Shown here one piece after another: positions 1-13,268 of a stretch of DNA of 64,000 nt. Source of the stretch: Mobula hypostoma (lineage: Eukaryota); NCBI RefSeq assembly GCF_963921235.1, contig NC_086118.1, positions 20,028,001 through 20,092,000 on the forward strand, written 5' to 3'. The notes below the pieces were generated by a model. That model was not told the origin of the DNA and did not search any database. It was given only the letters and a program-made list of their open reading frames with translations. How positions within the stretch are numbered: the first letter of the stretch is position 1; each line of letters opens with the position of its first letter. Made by a program: the position numbers and the translations under genes.

Positions 1-347
1 TGTTTCCGAGGAGGGGTCCCAGCTCTGTGTTCCATGTTCCTGTCTCTCCCTCGACCAAGTCAAGGCTTCGAGGTCTCGTCCAGTCCTAGCCACGATCCAA
101 GAACCTTGCCCTGTCCAAGCTATGGCTTTGTGTTCTCGTCTTGTCAGTGTGTCTTGCCCAGCCCAGTGCTGGGGTTCCCTCGTCCTGTGCTGGGGTTCCC
201 TTATCCCTGTTTCATCCAGGGCCTGTGTCGTGTCCAGCATCCTTTCTTCCCCACTTCCCTTGCTTTCTTGACTAACCTAGTCCCGTTCCATGTACTTCAG
301 TGCCTGTGCCTCGCATTTGGGTCCGCCTCCCAGCGCCCCCACTGACA
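1..347 (+). mobile_element. 3' end of an LTR (truncated by window edge) inserted into the Gypsy RT gene
   Basis: Ends in ...CTGACA at 347, after which minus-strand Gypsy RT sequence begins abruptly. The terminal CAGTGCCTGTGCCTCGCATTTGGGT resembles the ends of the LTRs at 10431 and 46715. Confidence 0.55.
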
Positions 348-2654
348 ATGACCACAGTAAGTAATGCTTGGTTTAAAGAATTCACACGTTGCGTTATGCT
401 CTGAGCCAATAATCTTCTAAACTTTTTAACACTGTCTTGAGATTTTAGAAATGTTCCTTGTCATCCTTACCATTAACAATGATGTCATCCAGGTAACACT
501 GTGCCTGGGCAGCCTTATAGCACCTGGTCCATAGCTTTCTGGCAGAGTCCAAGTGCAGGCACTACTCCAAAAATAAGCCTATTATGGCATTAAAGCCCTT
601 GATGGGTATTTATGGTGAGAAACATTTTGGATTCTCTTCCATCTCCATCTGTAGGAAGGCCTCAGCTAAGTCCACTTTGTTGAAGTATTCCCTCCAGAAA
701 GGTTTGCAACCTGGGCAGAGGATGCTGACCTACTTTCAGTTCTAGATTGATGATGACTTTAAACTTATCACAGATCCTCAGAGACCAATTCTTCTCGGCT
801 ACTGGGACTTCTAGTGTTGTCCATGGGCTCCGTTCAACCTTGGAAATAATTCCTTCAGGCTCCATGCGATCTAGCTCACTGGCTATTTTATCACAGATAG
901 TATAAGGAATTGGATGGGTTTTGAAAAACTTGGGTGTGGAATTTTCATTTAACGCTATTTTACCCTTGATATGTTTGAGTTTTCTAATCCCTGAACACTG
1001 CTGTAGCATCATCCAGTACCTTTCCTACCTTGTTTTCAGATGACTCTATTGAAAGGGATGTAGCATGCAAATGGTGGATGGCTTTCCATTCAAGTCATAG
1101 CTCTTTCAGTTGCTCATGGTTCCACAATGCTTGTCCTCCCATTTTTACCACATAAAAGCCCAATGTGGTTTGTTGGTTGTTGTATTTCACTGTTACAAAT
1201 GTTATTCCCACAGGAGTTATCTTTTCTTCACTATATGTTCTTTGTTGGATATCTGCAGGCTTCAGTTCAGTATCTTTAAAATGCTGTTCAAACTCATTTT
1301 GTGGAATGACTGAAACAGGTGAACTTGTGTTCAATTCCATTTTAATTAATTTGCCATTCACTTCTGGTGTAAGACATATTATTTGTCTATTGTTAGTTTT
1401 TATAGTTTAAGTCTCAATGCTACCCTGTCCTGTGTCACTCTCATCATTAACGAATTTTTCATCAACAGCTTGCAGACTAGCGCTCTTTTTGAAACTGCAT
1501 CTTTATCTCTTCCCTGTGTAATCCGTTTATTTTTGTCTGCCCAACATGTTCTTTTTATGTTTCCTACCTGCGTTGGTTTGGTGTATGTGAACTCCTGCCA
1601 CAATGGTAATATAACTTGTTCAGCCAGACAGGTTTCCGTTTAGACATTGCAATTTTGTTCACACTCACTTTCATTCCTGACTGCAATTCAATTGTGTCTC
1701 TTTCTGCTATTTCCATTGATAGAGGAATTTCAACTGCTCTTTTAAATTCAAGTTTCTACAAAATAAATGTTCTCTCAGTGCATTATTAAACCCATCACTG
1801 AACTGAAAATGCTCAGACAACTTCTTCAATTCGGCCTTGTAAGCTGAAATGGACTCAATTTCCTTTTGATTCCACTTATGAAACCGAAAGTGTCCTGCAA
1901 TCAACAATGGTTTTGTTCTAAATGTTCCTGCATTACCCTCACAATATCAGCAAAGTTCATTTCTGCCGGTCTGGTTGGAGCAGTTAAACATCTAAGCAAT
2001 TTGAATGCCTTTAAAATCAATGCCCTCAGCAAAACTGGCACTCATTTTTCATTGGCCATTTAATTTGCTTCAAAATACTGTTCAATTCACTGAGTATACA
2101 AAAACCAGTTATCACTTGTGTAGACAGGTGTGCCATCTATTTCTCTTTAATTTTTATTTGTGATAATTATTAATCAGTACTCACTGTTTATGAACCTGTG
2201 AACTTGTCCGTTTCTTCCTTGTTTTCAAACTCAACCATGTCTGTCCCTTCCCAGAGGAGCACATGCTGCATTGTTTTTTGTTGCTTAACCGTTTTGTTGT
2301 GCTTTTTTAAAGAACTAGAATATCCTGATGCTTTTTTTTAACTGGAACAACTCACAGCACTTTAATAGTAAGCGATCATCTTGGGTTTGTTTTAAAATTT
2401 ATTCATCGTCACTATAACAATAACTCCAAAACAACAAACTAACTGAAAGGAAAGCAAGGGAGCCCAAGAGATGTGTGTAAACAGTTTTTACCTTGGTGAG
2501 GAACAAGCATATGGTGTGGTGTCATGATGACGTATGCCATTCACGTACTTTTACATCCTGTATAAACTGCAATGCATTATGTAAGCAAAGAATGAGAAAT
2601 CAAACAATATATTCACAATATTACTCAAATATTAGTGAAATATTAAAAACAACA
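348..2654 (-). mobile_element. Degenerate Ty3/gypsy LTR retrotransposon (5' LTR, gag, protease, RT)
   Basis: Minus-strand fragments read as gag (FRFHKWNQKEIESISAYKAELKKLSEH), protease (MELNTSSPVSVI) and RT (IISKVERSPWTT, LRICDKFKVIIN, QCYLDDI near 481-500). Many stops and frameshifts. LTR-like segment at about 2415-2654 followed by a PBS-like TAGTGACGA. Confidence 0.85.
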
Positions 2655-2804
2655 GTATAAATTATAACTGAATGCCACTGATTAGTTAATACTATTAAAG
2701 GTGTAATAGATTTGTAGCTATACACTGGACACTGCTTCCAAAATTATACCATACTAATTTCAATAGAACTAACCACTTAAAACCACAGTAGAATATGAAG
2801 ACAC

Positions 2805-3091
2805 TGTGGCGACCCACTTTCTGGCACCCACGAACCGGCTCACGAAACAGCGCGCGCAGGCAGAGGGCCGGCAGCAAAAAGGGCGCCAGGCCATCTTCAC
2901 CAGCAGGGGGAAAATCCCGCGCGCAGAAAGGGTCTGGGAATATGCATTCCCCACAGTAGTCCCGCCCAGGGAGGGCGGGAACGGGAAGGCTTTAAAGCGG
3001 GCCGCGAAGTTTGAATAAATCTCTTTCATCGCAACTCTAACTCACCGACTCCGTGTGGTTATTCTAGCGCTGTGTGTAGCACATCGCTACA
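2805..3091 (+). mobile_element. Solo LTR, 287 bp
   Basis: Termini TGTGGCGA...TCGCTACA form a short inverted repeat. 4-bp TSD ACAC at 2801-2804 and 3092-3095. Internal TTTAAA and AATAAA. CpG-rich, so probably young. Confidence 0.9.
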
Positions 3092-3764
3092 ACACCACTA
3101 AATTGCAAATTCAACATTAGTGACCAAATTCAAAGTAACAGTGAATATAATAAATTAATTAATTAAGTGAAAAAGGAATTTCAGGATAAACTACTTCAAC
3201 TGGAAATGTTTAGGATGCACAGCACACCACAACAGCAATAGCTAAAGCAGGTAAATCAAAGGAGGAGGTGAAAGAGTGGGTGGTGAAGCTCTGCCCTCCC
3301 TTTTCCCCCTCTCATCTCCAGACAGTAGGTCCTTTAATGTTGATGGGCTTCTCACGAATGCATTAAATAGCCCTGCTTTCCCAACACCCCAATCCAATGT
3401 AAGATAATTACATACTGGGAGAAGATAATTGTGTTTCGGCAAAGTTAGCTAAATGCATACTAGAGCGAGAAGCAGGAAACAATGCTAATATGAATAGATA
3501 GGGGATGAGAGGAAGCTCATCTGGAGTATAACACCATCTGCATTATGTTTTGTGAATGTTCATTTCTTACTGATGTGCAGAGGGACCTTGGCTTGAAGTC
3601 TATAGTTTTCTGACATTTGTGATACAAGTGGACAAGGTGGTGTAAAAGGCATTTAGTAAGCTTGCCTTCATAGCTGAAATTACTAAGAAGTAGAGCATTG
3701 TCAGCACACAAGATGAAGAATGTGGCCCTTCAGACCACAATGCTGTGCTAAACCAATTAAATTA

Positions 3765-5367
3765 CAAACCCCATTTCTAGAAAAGTCGGGATATTTTCCA
3801 AAATGCAATAAAAACAAAAATCTGTGATATGTTAATTCACGTGAACCTTTATTTAACTGACAAAAGTACAAAGAAAAGATTTTCAATAGCTTTACTGACC
3901 AACTTAATTGTATTTTGTAAACATACACAAATTTAGAATTTGATGGCTGCAACACACTCAACAAAAGTTGGGACAGAGTTAAAATAAGATTGAAAAGTGC
4001 ACAGAATATTCAAGTAACACCGGTTTGGAAGACTCCACATTAAGCAGGCTAATTGGTAGCAGGTGAGGTATCATGACTGTGTATAAAAGTAGCGTCCATC
4101 AAAGGCTCAGACTTTACAAGCAAGGATGGGTCGTGGCTCACCCCTTTGTGCCAAAATTCGTGAGAGAATTGTTAGTCAGTTCAAAAGGAACATTTCTCAA
4201 CACAAGATTGCAGAGAATTTAGGTCTTTCAACATCTACAGTACATAATATTGTGAAAAGATTCAGAGAATTCAGAGACATCTCAGTGCGTAAAGGGCAAG
4301 GTCGGAAACCACTGTTGAATGCACATGATCTTCGAGCCCTCAGGCGGCACTGCCTATGAAACCATCATGCTACTGTGACCATTATAGCCACCTGGGCTCG
4401 GGAGTACTTCGGAAAACCATTGTCACTCAACACAGTCCGTCGCTGCATCCAGAAATGCAACTTGAAACTGTATTACGCAAGGAGGAAGCCATACATCAAC
4501 TCTATGCAGAAACGCCGGCGAGTTCTCTGGGCCCGAGCTCATCTCAGACGGACCAAAAGACTGTGGAACCGTGTGCTGTGGTCAGATGAGTCCACATTTC
4601 AGCTAGTTATCAGAAAAAATGGGCGTCGAGTTCTCCGTGCCAGAGATGAAAACGACCATCCAGATTGTTATCAGCGAAGGGTGCAAAAGCCAGCATCTGT
4701 GATGGTATGGGGGTGCATCAGTGCCCACGGCATGGGTGAGTTGCATGTATATGAAGGTACCGTTGACTCTGAGGCGTATATTAGGATTTTAGAGAGACAT
4801 ATGTTGCCATCAAGGTGACGTCTCTTCCCGGGACGTCCATGCTTATTTCAGCAGGACAATGCCAGACCACATTCTGCACGGGCTACAACAGCGTGGCTTT
4901 GTAGACACAGAGTGCGTGTGCTTGACTGGCCTGCTGCCAGTCCAGATCTATCTCCTATTGAAAATGTATGGCGCATCATGAAGAGGAGAATCAGACAACG
5001 GAGACCACGGACTGTTGAGCAGCTGAAGTCTTATATCAAGCAAGAATGGACAAAATTTTCAATTGCAAATCTACTACAATTAGTATCCTCAGTTCCAAAA
5101 TGATTAAAAAGTGTTATTAAAAGGAAAGGCGATGTAACACAATGGTAAACATGACTCTGTCCCAACCTTTGTTGAGTGTGTTGTTGCCATCAAATTCTAA
5201 ATTTGTGTATGCTTACAAAATACAATTAAGTTGGTCAGTAAGACTATTGAAAATCTTTTCTTTGTACTTTTGTCAGTTAAATAAAGGTTCACGTGAATTA
5301 ACATATCACAGATTTTTGTTTTTTTGCATTTTGGAAAATATCCCATCTTTTCTGGAAATGGGGTTTG
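3765..5367 (+). mobile_element. Full-length Tc1-family DNA transposon (DD34E), long TIRs
   Basis: Flanked by TA at 3763-3764 and 5368-5369. Inverted termini CAAACCCCATTTCTAGAAAA / TTTTCTGGAAATGGGGTTTG, with TIRs of about 200 bp containing an internal repeat of the terminal motif. Confidence 0.95.
4126..5148 (+). pseudogene. Tc1 transposase pseudogene, 340 codons in one frame with 3 premature TGA stops
   Basis: The ORF pieces at 4126, 4375 and 4912 share one frame. Paired-like HTH, GRKP, WSDES, FQQDNA, and SPDLSPIENVW with 34 residues between D and E. Stops at 4357, 4816 and 5101; natural TAA at 5146-5148. Confidence 0.95.
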
Positions 5368-5419
5368 TAGTATTCAAATGGCCAACTGAACTAATCTTGT
5401 TTGCCTACACAATGTCCAA

Positions 5420-7727
5420 CGGCTTTTTAGAGCAGCTTGTGGTTGACCCACTAGGGGAAATACAATTCTGGTTTAGGTGTTGTGTAATGAACTGGATTTG
5501 ATTAGGGTGCTTAAGGTGGAAGACAGTGATCATAATATGATAGAATTGACTCTGAAGTTTGAAAAGGAGAAATTAAAGATAGATGTATCATTATTACACT
5601 GGAGTAAAGGAAATTGCACAGGTATGAGAGTGGAGCTGGCCAAATTTCATTGGAAGGGGACACTAACAGGGATGATGGCAAAACAGCAAAGGCTGGAGTT
5701 TCTGGGAGCAATTCGGAAGGCATAGGATAGATACATCCCAAAGAAGAAGGGAGGATGAGGCATCCACGACTGACAAGGGAAGTCAAAGACAGCATAAAAG
5801 CACAAGAGAGTGCATAGAATGTAACAAAAATTAGTGAGAAATTCCAGAAGTGGGAAGCTTTTAAAAACCAACAGAGGGCAACGAAAAAAACCATAAGAAA
5901 TAAAATGATGAAATATGAAGGCAAGCCAGCCAGTAATATCAAAGAGGATACCAAATGTTTTTTTTTCAGATATATAAAGAGTAAAGAAGAGGCAAGTGTT
6001 GATATTGGACAGTTGGAAAGAGTTGCTGGCATGGTAGTAATGAGGTACAAAGAAATAGCGGAAAAATTTAATAAGTATTTTGCATCATTCATCACTATGA
6101 AAGACACTAGCAGTATTTTAGAGTATCAGGTAGCAGAAATGAGTGCAGTTGCTACTAGTAAGGAGGTGATGCTTGGGAAGGTGAAATGTATGAAGGTAGA
6201 AGTAGCCTGGACCAGATGGACTACACTTAGGGTTCTGAAAGTGGAAGTCAAAAAAATTGTGGATGCAATAGTAAGAATTTTTCAAGAATCACTAGTTTCT
6301 GGAATCATTCCATAGGACTGGAAAATTGCAAATGTCAATCCACTCCAAAAAGGAAAGGAGGCATAAGAAAGGAAATTATAGGCCGGTTAGCCTGACTTCA
6401 GTGGTTGGGAAGATGTTGGAGTCCACTATTAAGGATGAGGTGTCTGGATACTTGGGAAGTGCATGATAAGGTAGGCCAAAGTCAGCATGAATTCCTTAAA
6501 GGGACATCTTGCCTGAGACATCTGTTGGAATTCTTTGAGGAAGTAACATGCAGGATTGACAAAGGAGAGTCAGTGGATGTTGTTTACTTGGATGTTCAGA
6601 CAGCTTTTTTCAAGGTGCCGCACATGAGGCTGCTTAACAAAACAAGACCCATGCTATTATATGAAAAATACTACCATGGAAAGAAGACTGGCAGGAGGCA
6701 AAGAGTCAGAATAAAGGGAAAATAAATCACAAACACAAGAAAGCTTGCAGATGATGGAAATCCAAAGCAACACACACAAAATGCTGGAGAAATTCAACAG
6801 GCCAGGCAATATCTAAGGAAAAGAGTAAACAATCAATATTTATGGTCAAGACCTTCAGTCCTGATGAAGGGTCTCACATTAAAGGAAACCTGTTCTGGTT
6901 GGCTGCCAGCGACAAGTGGTGATCCACAGGGCTTTGTATTTTGACCATTACTTTTCATATCACATGTCAACGATTTGGATTATGGAATTTATGGCTTTGT
7001 GGCCAGGTTTGCAGATGATACAAATATAGGTGAAGGGACAGATAGTGTCGAGGAAGCAGGGAATCTACAGAAGGACTTTGACAGATTGGAAGTATGGGCT
7101 AAGAAGTGGCAGACAGAATATAGTCTATGGAAGTATATGGTCATGCACTTTGGTAGAAGGAATAAAGCTGTAGACTATTTTCTAAACGGAAAAAATTCGA
7201 AAGTTTGAGGAACAAAGGAACTTGGGAGTCCTTGTGCACGATTCCCTAAAGGTATACTTCCAGGTGAGTCATTAATAAGAAAGGCAAATACAATACCAGT
7301 ATTCATTTCAAAAGGGACTGGAACATAACAACAAGGATACAATGCTGAGGCTTTATAAGGCATTGGTCAGACTGCACAGAGTATTTTGAGCAGTTTTTGG
7401 CCCCTTGTCTAAGAAAGATGTGCTGGCATTTGAGAAGGTCCAGAGAGAGTTCACGAGAATGATTCTGGGAATGAAAGGGTTAACATATGAAGTGTGTTTG
7501 AAGGCTCTGGGCTTTGTACTCACTAGATTTTAGAAGAATGATGGGGGGATCTTATTGAAACCTATTGAATATTGAAAAGCCTAAAGAGAATGGATGTTTC
7601 TTTCCCATAGTGGTTAAGTCTAGGATTAGATGGCACAGCCTCAGAATGGAATCAGTCATGATGGAATGACAGAACAGACTTGATGGGCCAAGTGGCCTAA
7701 TCTTGCTCCTACGTCTTGTGGTCTTAC
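5420..7727 (+). mobile_element. Degenerate CR1-clade LINE (ORF2 endonuclease end, RT, 3' UTR)
   Basis: Fragments LLEFFEEVTCRIDKGESVDVVYLD and RFADDTNIG, with a CR1-type 3' end (GGGCCAAGTGGCCTAATCTTGCTCCT). Many stops. Confidence 0.9.
6727..6875. mobile_element. Penelope-like terminal repeat fragment with truncated hammerhead motif, inserted in CR1
   Basis: GCAGATGATGGAAATCCAAAGCAACACACACAAAATGCTGGAG followed by CAGTC-CTGATGA-AGGGTCTC (6856-6875). It interrupts CR1 RT sequence. Confidence 0.7.
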
Positions 7728-7729
7728 GT

Positions 7730-8520
7730 ATCTTTCTCTACTACCACCCCAGGCAGTGCATTCCAGGCACCCACTACTCTCTGTGTAAAATTTGCCCCTC
7801 ACATCTCCTTTGAAATTACTCTGACATTAAATGTACATGCCCTCTGCTATTAGATATTTCAACCCTGGGAAAACCATTCTGTCTGCCTACTTTGTCCATA
7901 CCTCTCATAATCTTATAAACCTCTACCAGATCTCCACTCAGCATCCGAGAAAACAACCCAGTTTGTCCAACCTCTCGTTATAGGACATGCCCTCTATCCA
8001 GGTAGCATCCAATTAAACCTGTTCTGCAACCTCCCAAAAGCATCAAATTCCTTCCTATAGTGGGGTGAACAGAACTGTATGCAAAACTCCAGATGCAGCC
8101 TAACTACAGCTTTATAAAGCTGCAATATAACTTCCTAAATTATGAACTCAATACCCCGACTAATGAATTCTTAACCACCCTATCAACCCCTGTGGCGATT
8201 TTCAGGGAGCAATAAACTTACACCCCAAGATTATCAACACTGTTAAGAATCTTGCCCTTAACAATGTACGCTCACTTTACATTTGATCTACCAATATGCA
8301 ACACTTCACATTTAGCCGGGTTAAACTCCATCTGCCATTTCTCTGCCCATACCTGCAACTGATCTTTATCCCATTGTATTCTTTGAAAATCTTCTATGCC
8401 ACCTTCGTATCATCGGTAAACTTACTAACCCACACATCTATCCTTTCATCCAGGTCATTTATCTGCATCACAAACAGCAGGTGTCCGAGTACAGATCCCT
8501 GTGGAACATCACTTATTCTG
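7730..8520 (-). mobile_element. Degenerate CR1 LINE RT/3' fragment
   Basis: SDVPQGSVLGHLLFVMQINDL...SKFTDDTKV on the minus strand. Confidence 0.85.
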
Positions 8521-9254
8521 CCCTCGCTCAAGAGTTTTTCCCATTTTCTCAAGCTCAGCTTCCAACAAATTGCTTCTAACTGACTGGAATGCACAAACGA
8601 TATAAAATGGCCTCCTTGATGACAAAAGCTAGTTGCTTAACAACGCAATGATGAACAACAACTGTGAATTTACAATTAGTGAGATCTGGTAATTAGAAAT
8701 GAAGCAACAATCCAAATCCGGAAGACATAACACTACTAATCACAGATCTCCAGATAGAGTACTTTGATCATAACTGCAATGTTTCCTAGAATGGAATATT
8801 ATAAACATTATAGTTACAAAGAGACTAGTTAGGCTGGGTTTATTCTCACTTGAATATAGGACACTGAAGAATAGTTCATAGTTCAAAGTGCATTTATTAT
8901 CAAAGCATGTCTATATTACACAACTTTGAGATTCATCTCCTTGCAGGCAGCAACAAAACAAGAAACCCAAAGAGCCCTTTAAAAAAAAATCCAATCCAAT
9001 CAAATACCCAAAGAAAACAACAAACTGTGCTAACAATAAAAGCAAGCAAACAGCATTCAGAGTGAAAGTGAGCCCATAGACACGAAACCCGGAGCAGCTG
9101 GAGCAGGACCACAGCCATAGCCTCAGCCTCAGCAGAGCAGAGAGTAGCGCAAGTGTCACAGAACAGTGAACATTAGTGAACTAGCCCAACCCTTGCCGCC
9201 AATCCTGACACCCTGCCTTTTCAATCCAGTGTTTAAATTGTCCAAACATAGAGA

Positions 9255-9585
9255 GACGGTCAGGATCATTTTTCCAAGGGCTGGTGAGTCTAGAACAAGA
9301 GGGCACAGTTTTAAAGTGATAGTGGAGAAAATAAAAGGAGATCTGAGGGGTATGTTTTTCCACACAAAGGCTAGTGAACAGATGGAACAAGCTTGCAGAA
9401 GAGAGGTGATGGAGACAGATATGATTACAATACTTAGAAGGCGTTTCGTTAGGTACTTTGATAGGAGCAATGTAGGGTGACACAGACTTAATACAGGCAA
9501 ATGCAAATAACATGGATAAGCATCCTAACCAGCATAGAGTGAAAGGGCCCATTTTCTGCTGTGTATGTCCAGGATCTTATGACAT
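9255..9585 (+). mobile_element. CR1 LINE 3' end
   Basis: FPRAGESRTRGHSFKV...FFHTK, the typical CR1 ORF2 C-terminus. Confidence 0.8.
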
Positions 9586-10430
9586 AATTTGACTGAATTT
9601 AGTTCCAGATCACAGAACTGGACTGATATGTTATTACACCCTAGCAGTTTCACATACATGCAAAATGTTTATTTTTAAATTCTATCAACTTAGTGACATT
9701 CTACTTAACTATAGCAAGACACTGAAATCATTAATAATATCTTGAAAGTAACATTTTTCAAAAAAAATCATCTATGCTGTTTGAGATCAGTGGGGAACAG
9801 AGCATTAATGTTTTGGAGAATGAATGCCCTTTCAAAATTGCCACTCTGCAAAGTAATTGATCTTTCTTTATTTCATATGTTGTAAGCAGGTACATTCATA
9901 TTTCCACTCTGGCTAAAAGAACCATTTCAAAAATTTGTTCCATTGCTATGAACATGAAAGTAAAAAGAAATGAAAGGCAATAGACTTTTGCAATTGGGTT
10001 AATTGCATCATGATTTCAGGGCCAATTTATGAAAACTATTGCATTACTGTCAAAATCAATGTCTTCTTGCAGGCTGGTTGAGTTTTATCGTTGTATTTTA
10101 GCTGCTATTTTGTTGTCATTTTTTTTTTATATTAATATGATTCACAGTGACTGATATACACAGAAAATCCAATTTTAAAAAAAGCAGCAACAAGATTTTA
10201 AAGAACACTGTCATATCTAGCCTTGGTATTAATGTCTTCAACCATCTATAAAATGTAAAAATAATTCATACGTGATAAAATTGTACGAATTATATATTTA
10301 GAGCCAAGTACTAAATAACACATACGTTGTGTTTCAGTATCATAAATAGGTAGAGAACACACAAGGAAATTAATAAAAACTTATGTGCAATCAAACTACA
10401 CACTACACTCTATTTACTGAAGCCCTTACT

Positions 10431-10830
10431 TGTCATGGTTCCGTTTGGCTGTTCCCCTTTAACGCTCCTTTCTCCCTGATTATGCCTTAATTTCAGTCAT
10501 TGGATTTCCAATTGCTGCTAGTTTACCTAATTACAGTACACCTGGTTTTCATCAGAGACTGTAAAATAAGTACGATGGCTTCTAAGTACAGGTTGCCAGT
10601 TTGTTGGTTTATTCTCGAGTGATACCTCATTCTCTTGTCTGCTTAGAACTGTTAGTTCTAAGTTTAGTTCCAAGTTCTGCTCTAGTTTCAAGATAGTCCC
10701 TGTAGATCCTTTCTCCTTGTCAAGATTCCTCCAGTTTGCTGTTCTACATTCACGTCTACGCCAGCATCCCCAAATCAGTCGACATGCTGGTGTCCTGCAC
10801 TTGGGTTCTCCTCAGTCGCCCCGTGCAACA
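10431..10830 (+). mobile_element. Solo LTR, 400 bp
   Basis: TGTCATGG...GTGCAACA termini with 5-bp TSD TTACT (10426-10430, 10831-10835). Related to 46715-47098. Confidence 0.85.
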
Positions 10831-11141
10831 TTACTACAATTTAGTTTGTAAAAAAATTATTGGTGTATTATTTTACCTTCCTTCCAAGAATTATTCCTGA
10901 ATTCATGAGAGTAAGAGTTCAGCAAGGACTAGAAGGGCTGAGATGGCCTGTTTCCGTGCTGTAATTGTTATATGGTTATAACCCATTAACATTTCTGAAA
11001 ATGAAATTTTCATAATTTCCAAAATTTTACCAAGTTATAGTTAAGTAAGTGTTAGCTTACATCCATATCTTGGAGCATGAGTGTTGGTAAGTAAGTGTTG
11101 GTAAGTAAGTGTAGCTAATTCCGGGAAATGTCTCAACTATT

Positions 11142-11640
11142 AGGTCGAAGCTTATGAGAGGAAAAAGACCAAGTGCTCTGAACTGACAACTGAAGCTGCC
11201 CAGAATGGCTGGAAGACCAACATTTTCCCTGTAGAAGTGGGATGCAGGGGATTCGTTGCTACATCTCTGACCAGTCTATTGAAGAAGATGGGGGTGAGGG
11301 GTCACTCTCTCCAACAAGCAATCATGTCCTTGTCAAACACAGCAGAAGAAAGCAGCAATTGGATTTGGATTAAAAGGAAAGACAACAACTGGGCTGCAAG
11401 ATGAAGACAGGAGGGTATGGAACTGAAGGGGGTGTATCTGGGACGCCAGGTAGCACCGTTGAGCCTTCTGGAGATGTCTTGGGCTTATCAACGAAACGTC
11501 AAAGAAGGAGGGTGCCCACCTGATGACCCAGGTGACGTACCTACCCTCCCTCCTTGTCACCACTCCAAGCCCACTACCAACATCGAGAGTGCCGACTTAC
11601 CATGGGGATTGAAACATCAAGTCCTAGTAGCTCTACTACT
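11142..11640 (+). mobile_element. 3' end of a HERO-like (restriction-like endonuclease) non-LTR retrotransposon
   Basis: Translation EAYERKKTKCSELTTEAAQNGWKTNIFPVEVGCRGFVATS...SSNWIWIKR* matches the C-terminal RLE region of HERO-type elements, followed by a 3' UTR. Confidence 0.75.
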
Positions 11641-11949
11641 CTCCATTCACTAGAGCCATGTGGGCAGTAACTTATGGGAAAAGGCAGAGACCAGCGATCT
11701 TGTAACAGAGGAAGGAGAAGTAGGTGAAGCAGATATTTAAATAGATATTTACTGGCTTGAAAGAGGCTTTGAAGCAGGTCACTCAGGCACAGGAGGACAT
11801 TGCAGAGCATGGTGGAAGAGCCAAGAGTTGGGCAGAATGGAATACAGCTTTTGCTGGAAAATGATTTATGCAGTTTGAATGAAATACTAAGATACTACCA
11901 ACTGGCTGAATGTTAATATACCTGTGGGAAAAAATTATAACAATTTTAC

Positions 11950-13268
11950 AAGTTGTGAAGTCAGTCAGCTTCATCCTGGGCTCTAGCCTCTGTAGCATCC
12001 AGAACATCTTCAAGGGGCAATGCGTCAACAAAGCAGCATCCATCATTAAGGACCCCCATCAATTAGGACGTGTCCTGTTCTCCTGTGACCATCAGGAAGA
12101 AGGTACAAGAGCCTGAAGGCACACACTCAGTGATTCAGGAACAGTTTCTTCCCCTCTGCCATCCGATTTCTGAATCGACTTTCAACCCATGAACACCACC
12201 TCCCCACTTTTCTGCACTGTTTATTTAATTTAACTATTATATATATACTTCCTGCAATTCACAGTTTTTATTATTATGTATTGCATTGTACTGCTGCCGC
12301 AAAAGTAAGAAATTTCACAACATATGTAGATGATAGTGTGACGAGAGTACACATAGACTAAGATGTTAACTGTCCTGGGCTGGCACCAGTGGGATCAGCA
12401 GTTGGTCTGACACCTATCTTCAGGAGAAAGAGAGATAAGGAAAACAATGGAGCAGCATTTGGAGATGTTAATGAAGGGACAGGAGAGTTTAACGGAAGGA
12501 GACACGGTCTGAGAGCTGTCAAGATCGGTTCCTCTTTGAACCCTGAACTGTTTGAAGTGATGGACAGGCGATACCCCAGCAGGGGGTTAAAAAGGGACAG
12601 GTTCGCTAAGGCGACACACACGACACCACGAGGTAATGAGACCCTGGAAGCGGTGCGCCTCCCAGAAGTTGGTGGGAGTTTTGGGGGGCTGATCGCGGGA
12701 CCAAGCCATAGACGCACAGGGTGGGAAGGTACGATCGGCGGGAACCTGGTGTGTGTCCACCCTTGCCTGGGTGCCAGGTTCACTGCAGAGGAGCGATCGT
12801 ATCTGAAAACGGAGGGGTCACAGTCGGTGACCTCAGAAGACATTACAAAGGGCTCGCCCGAAAGCTGACTGCGAAGAATATCGAAGGTCTACGTGGAAGC
12901 CGTTTGAATATTCATTCGCTTTTGCTCTCTCTCTCCTTCCCCCCCCACCATCCATCACCACGGCAGTGATTACTGTGAACTGAACTGAACTCAATTGTAC
13001 TGAACTTTGCGTCACTTTGAAACTGGTCATTATCCCTAGACGACGATAGAGCTTGATTGATCCTGTTATCCTAATTCTGTGTACATGTGTGTTTATCATT
13101 GCTGAACTGTTGCATTTATATCCTTACTATTAGAGTACTGTGTTGCTTATTTCTTTAATAAAACTTTCTTAGTTCCAATAATCCAGACTCCAACTGAGTG
13201 ATCCATTTCTGCTGGTTTGGCAACCCAGTTACGGGGTACGTAACAATAGTAAACCTGATTCTGATTCA
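11950..13268 (+). mobile_element. Rex1/L2-type LINE 3' fragment split by a solo LTR
   Basis: KAASIIKDPH motif and ATTCAGGAACAGTTTCTTCCCCTCTGCCATC. The tail TAAACCTGATTCTGATTC resumes after the LTR at 13250. Confidence 0.7.
12337..13245 (+). mobile_element. Solo LTR, 909 bp
   Basis: TGTGACG...CGTAACA termini, 4-bp TSD ATAG (12333-12336, 13246-13249), AATAAA near the 3' end. A sister copy lies inverted at 58197-59054. Confidence 0.92.

Noticed and set aside
3701..3964. Duplicated small ORF, also at 5142-5501
   Set aside because: These are the inverted terminal repeats of the Tc1 element.
12358..12969. ORFs of about 160 aa on both strands
   Set aside because: They lie inside a GC-rich solo LTR and are not preserved in the sister copy at 58197.
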